DNA of 20,000 nt from IMG/VR virus record IMGVR_UViG_3300025099_000015, one strand, 5' to 3'. Below the pieces are notes generated by a model that worked only from the letters and a program-made list of their open reading frames with translations, was not told the DNA's origin and did not search any database. The position numbers were made by a program, and so were the translations under genes. How positions within the stretch are numbered: position 1 is the stretch's first letter; the number at the start of each line of letters is the position of its first letter. This DNA is from an uncultured virus (IMG/VR IMGVR_UViG_3300025099_000015) (taxonomy: Duplodnaviria; Heunggongvirae; Uroviricota; Caudoviricetes). Positions 16,949 through 20,000 of this stretch are shown here, in pieces.

Positions 16949-17337
16949 TTGTAACAGAAGGTAAGAAACAAGTGGCTAAACTTATAACAGGCCTACAAGA
17001 TAACATTACTTATGCTACCACTAGTGGTACTAGAACAGATAGTAATTTTAGATATATAAGAGTAGGTAATGGAGGAGACAGCACATCACCTTCTCAAACG
17101 ACATTAGACAACCAAGTAGGTGATGCAAAAACATCTACTCCAGATTTAGTAGGCAACACATTAGTTTATACTGTAACTTTCACAGGGGCAGATATATCAT
17201 CAAATACCATTTCAGAAATAGGAATATTTGATGCGGCAGAAGGCGGTAATATGCTTTCTCGTATTGTGTTTGATGATGTGGGGCCATTAACTGCTTCTGA
17301 AACAATTACATTTACTCTTAGACTTGAGGTGGAATAA
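16945..17337 (+). CDS. Tail-collar / fibre-attachment (baseplate upper-type) protein, 130 aa
   Basis: Pattern MIVTEGK...YIRVGNG...SQTTLDNQV...ISEIGIFDAAEGGNMLSRIVF resembles the tail-collar fibre N-terminal domain (ITxxG ... xGxG ... ixEiGlf ... G.l). SD GGAGGT. Confidence 0.65.
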   Translation: MIVTEGKKQVAKLITGLQDNITYATTSGTRTDSNFRYIRVGNGGDSTSPSQTTLDNQVGDAKTSTPDLVGNTLVYTVTFTGADISSNTISEIGIFDAAEGGNMLSRIVFDDVGPLTASETITFTLRLEVE

Positions 17338-20000
17338 TGGGAACACAGACAAATACAGATGGAATAAGCACATTAGGAACAGCAGATGACCCAACTGGTT
17401 TAGTAGATGGAACCGATAGTATTCATACAGGTATTCTAAATGCATTAAATCAACAAAGTGCAGGTTCTTTTGTAGCGCATGGATTAAATGTAATTCAAAA
17501 CGGAAGCACATTTACTGTAACTTCTGGAGGTTGGTTTGATGAAGGAGAATATAAAACAACTTCTGTAGGTGCTGTAAGTGATACTTTAGATTCAAGTGGT
17601 GCAAAAGACCATTATGCTTTCTTGGTAATAGCAAAAGGTGCTACTACTCTATCATTAAGAACAGCAACAGGTTCTGTAAGTGGTGCAAATACCACTAGCA
17701 ATATATTAGTGGCTTCTTTGACAGCAGGGGATATACCTGTTTGTTTAGTTAAAGTTTTAGCAGGGGCAAGTCCAGGTGCTAGACCAATACAATTCTATGG
17801 AATAAAGAAATTAGATTCTAAGTTTACAGCAGTAAATAATGGCACAGAAACAATGAGGATAAATAAAGAAGGCACTATTTCTTTACCAGGTAATACAGGC
17901 ATTATTTCTTTACCAAGTATAGGAAGCACTAATGCTACTTTACTAAGCACTCACAATAAAGGTATTTCTGATGGAAGCATATTAGAAGCAAATGCAAATG
18001 TAGCAGACAATGACTTTCTAAGAGTTGATGGAACTAAAATAGAAGGTAGAACAGTTGCTCAAATGAAAACAGATTTGAGTATTGGGCTTACTGATGTTAG
18101 TGGTGATTTAGATGATATACCAGATGGTAGTAATCATAAAAGAATACCAACCGCAGACGCTACTAAAATAAGTAATCTAACTGTTAGTGGTGCTATTGAT
18201 TTAGATGCTATGAAAGTTAAATCAGACCGATTAACTGTTACAGGTGCTATTGATGTAGACGCTATGAATACTAAAGTTGCGGGTATTGCAGCAGGTGCTA
18301 CTGTTGGTGCTACAAGTTCTCAAGTATCAGACATTGCAGCAAATACTGCTAAAGTAGGAATAACTACTACTCAAGCAACTGCTATTTCTGATAATACAAA
18401 TAAAGTAGGTATAACATCTACTCAAGCAACTGCTATTAGTAACAATACTAGTAAGGTAGGTATTACCTCAACACAGGCTACGGCTATTAGTAATAATACA
18501 GCAAAGGTTGGTATTACTTCTACTCAAGCAACTGCTATTAGTGATAATACAGCAAAGGTTGGTATTACTACTTCCCAAGCAAATGCTATAACTGCAAATA
18601 GTGCAAAGGTTGGAATTACTACTACACAGGCTTCTGACCTTGCTACGGCTAAAAGTAGAACAGATACATTAACAGATACATATATTGAAAGTAAGGCCGC
18701 CGCTAAAATAGATGCATTACTTGGTGCAGATTCTAATGCTGTTGATACATTAGCACAACTAGAAGACTATCTATTAGACAGCACAGTATCAGGTGGATTA
18801 ATTCAATCATTAGGTAATAAAGTAAGCACTAGCACAACAGTTAATGGACATGCTTTAACAGGAAATGTTACTATAACAAAAGCAAATGTAGGATTAGGTA
18901 ATGTAACAGATGGGGCAACAGTTGGTGCAACTACTGCTCAAGTAGATGCAATAGCACTAAACACAGCAAAGACAGGTATAACATCAACACAGGCAACTGC
19001 CATAAGTGATAACTCGGCTAAAACAGGGATAACATCAACACAGGCTGATGCTATAACTGCTAACACATCTAAAATTAGTTATACTGATGCATCAGCAGTT
19101 GCTGCAAATACTGCTAAAGTAGGTATAACATCTACACAAGCCACAGCAATTAGTAATAATACAGCAAAGACAGGAATAACAAGCACTCAGGCAGGGCATA
19201 TTACTGCTAATAATGCTAAAATAAGTTATACAGATGCTTCGGCAGTAAGTGCTAACACAGCAAAAACAGGAATTACTACATCACAAGCAGATGCTATTAC
19301 AGCGAATACTGCTAAGACAGGAATAACTAGTAGTCAAGCAAGTGCTATTACTGCTAATACTGCTAAGACAGGAATAACATCTACACAAGCAGATGCTATT
19401 GCTGCTAATACTTCTAAAACGGGCATAACATCTACCCAAGCGAATGCAATTACAGCAAACACGGCTAAGGTTAGTTTTGCATATGATAGTGCTACAGATT
19501 TAGGCACAGGTGGAGACATTGATAATGATATTATCTCTATATATGATACAGGGGCAAGTGCTTATAAAAAAGTTAAAATGAAAGATTTCTTAACTAAGAT
19601 AACTGCTAATCAATTAGTAAGCAGTGGTAGTGGAACAGGAACAGTATTCTCTACACTACCTGCTAGTGGTGCAACTGTTGGTTCTATTCTAGGAACAAAC
19701 ATGTTTGACACTGACGGTTCAACTGCATTAACAGCAGCCATAGTAAAGAATGCTAATACAAACTGGTCTGATGTTGCGGGAACCACAAATGCACCTGCAA
19801 ACAATGCTACTGTTGGGGCTGTGCTAGGAAGTAATATTTTCAAATCAAATGGTTCTACTCTAATAACAGCAAATGAATTACTAAACACTAATACAACTGC
19901 TTCTGATGTAGGTTTAGGGAATGTAACTAATGAAAGTAAAACTACTATGTTTGACGACCCCACGTTTACAGGGGATATTACTATACCTAATGGTGGTAGC
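17337..20000 (+). CDS. Tail fibre protein, at least 888 aa, 3'-truncated by the window (absent from the ORF track)
   Basis: ATG 17337 overlaps the upstream TAA, SD GAGGTG. Frame is open to nt 20000 (MGTQTNTDGISTLGTADDPTGLVDGTDSIHTGILNAL...FTGDITIPNGGS). Fibre motifs VNGHALTGNVTITKANVGLGNV and ASDVGLGNVTN, A/T/G/S-rich, with tandem repeats. Confidence 0.88.
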   Translation, partial: MGTQTNTDGISTLGTADDPTGLVDGTDSIHTGILNALNQQSAGSFVAHGLNVIQNGSTFTVTSGGWFDEGEYKTTSVGAVSDTLDSSGAKDHYAFLVIAKGATTLSLRTATGSVSGANTTSNILVASLTAGDIPVCLVKVLAGASPGARPIQFYGIKKLDSKFTAVNNGTETMRINKEGTISLPGNTGIISLPSIGSTNATLLSTHNKGISDGSILEANANVADNDFLRVDGTKIEGRTVAQMKTDLSIGLTDVSGDLDDIPDGSNHKRIPTADATKISNLTVSGAIDLDAMKVKSDRLTVTGAIDVDAMNTKVAGIAAGATVGATSSQVSDIAANTAKVGITTTQATAISDNTNKVGITSTQATAISNNTSKVGITSTQATAISNNTAKVGITSTQATAISDNTAKVGITTSQANAITANSAKVGITTTQASDLATAKSRTDTLTDTYIESKAAAKIDALLGADSNAVDTLAQLEDYLLDSTVSGGLIQSLGNKVSTSTTVNGHALTGNVTITKANVGLGNVTDGATVGATTAQVDAIALNTAKTGITSTQATAISDNSAKTGITSTQADAITANTSKISYTDASAVAANTAKVGITSTQATAISNNTAKTGITSTQAGHITANNAKISYTDASAVSANTAKTGITTSQADAITANTAKTGITSSQASAITANTAKTGITSTQADAIAANTSKTGITSTQANAITANTAKVSFAYDSATDLGTGGDIDNDIISIYDTGASAYKKVKMKDFLTKITANQLVSSGSGTGTVFSTLPASGATVGSILGTNMFDTDGSTALTAAIVKNANTNWSDVAGTTNAPANNATVGAVLGSNIFKSNGSTLITANELLNTNTTASDVGLGNVTNESKTTMFDDPTFTGDITIPNGGS
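18342..18647 (+). repeat. Coding tandem repeat block 1: 6 x 51 bp (17 aa, consensus NTAKVGITSTQATAISD/N)
   Basis: Units start at 18342, 18393, 18444, 18495, 18546 and 18597. Confidence 0.95.
18960..19457 (+). repeat. Coding tandem repeat block 2: 8 x 51 bp (NTAKTGITSTQAxAITA) plus 2 x 45 bp (NxxKISYTDASAVxA)
   Basis: Unit lengths in aa 17,17,15,17,17,15,17,17,17,17, starting at 18960, 19011, 19062, 19107, 19158, 19209, 19254, 19305, 19356 and 19407. Confidence 0.95.
19659..19928 (+). repeat. Diverged 45-aa (135 bp) duplication in the tail fibre
   Basis: PASGATVGSILGTNMFDTDGSTALTAAIVKNANTNWSDVAGTTNA (from 19659) versus PANNATVGAVLGSNIFKSNGSTLITANELLNTNTTASDVGLGNVT (from 19794). Confidence 0.8.

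Larger units (their letters stand above)
1..20000 (+). mobile_element. Tailed dsDNA virus (Caudoviricetes) neck/tail morphogenesis module, siphovirus-like; probable archaeal host (magrovirus-like)
   Basis: Co-oriented, abutting or overlapping genes in the canonical order adaptor, terminator, tube, chaperone with frameshift, tape measure, tail tip, fibre. No sheath gene and no host genes. Archaeal host is inferred from GGTGA-type SD sites and resemblance to marine archaeal virus modules. Confidence 0.9.

Noticed and set aside
18342..19457. 51-bp periodic repeats as a CRISPR array or non-coding repeat
   Set aside because: No unique spacers; periods are multiples of 3 and variation is mostly synonymous, so they are protein repeats.
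851..19963. All minus-strand ORFs in the track (851-1051, 1298-1708, 2998-3198, 3379-3627, 3911-4138, 4513-4695, 4577-4852, 5565-5834, 6438-6647, 7299-7571, 8359-8643, 8900-9094, 9643-9837, 14595-14792, 15741-15983, 16284-16502, 17287-17511, 19334-19519, 19610-19963)
   Set aside because: Short antisense shadows of long + strand genes with atypical composition. The last three lie opposite the fibre ORF that the track omitted because it has no stop inside the window.
17337..20000. Diversity-generating retroelement target or template in the fibre
   Set aside because: No reverse transcriptase gene and no near-identical repeat pair differing only at adenines in this window. The fibre C-terminus lies outside the window, so a DGR elsewhere is not excluded.

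Overview
The window is one AT-rich, gene-dense, entirely + strand morphogenesis (neck and tail) module of a head-tailed dsDNA virus (Caudoviricetes) with siphovirus-like organisation. Gene order: partial Pro/Gly-rich ORF, 650-aa acidic unknown, head-tail adaptor with an inserted domain, small helical ORF, tail terminator-like protein, 711-aa tail tube protein with inserted domains, tail assembly chaperone, short tape measure protein, Dit-like protein, LamG-like protein, 2239-aa hub/tail-tip protein, tail-collar/baseplate-like protein, and a tail fibre that runs off the right edge and is missing from the ORF track (17337..>20000). Product calls come from motifs and synteny, not database searches. 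GGTGA-type ribosome-binding sites and the overall architecture suggest an archaeal host, possibly a marine group II (Poseidoniales) 'magrovirus', but that is inference. Signals not explained by the ORF track: (1) a G_GGA_AAC -1 frameshift site followed by a nested RNA hairpin, giving a 185-aa chaperone fusion; (2) apparent absence of GATC and AGCT and depletion of GCWGC, visibly shaping codon-pair choice, which points to host restriction/methylation systems; (3) 17/15-residue repeat arrays in the fibre; (4) a small repeated domain inserted into the LamG and hub proteins; (5) a 24-codon TTG micro-ORF with a strong SD that links the hub gene to the next gene.
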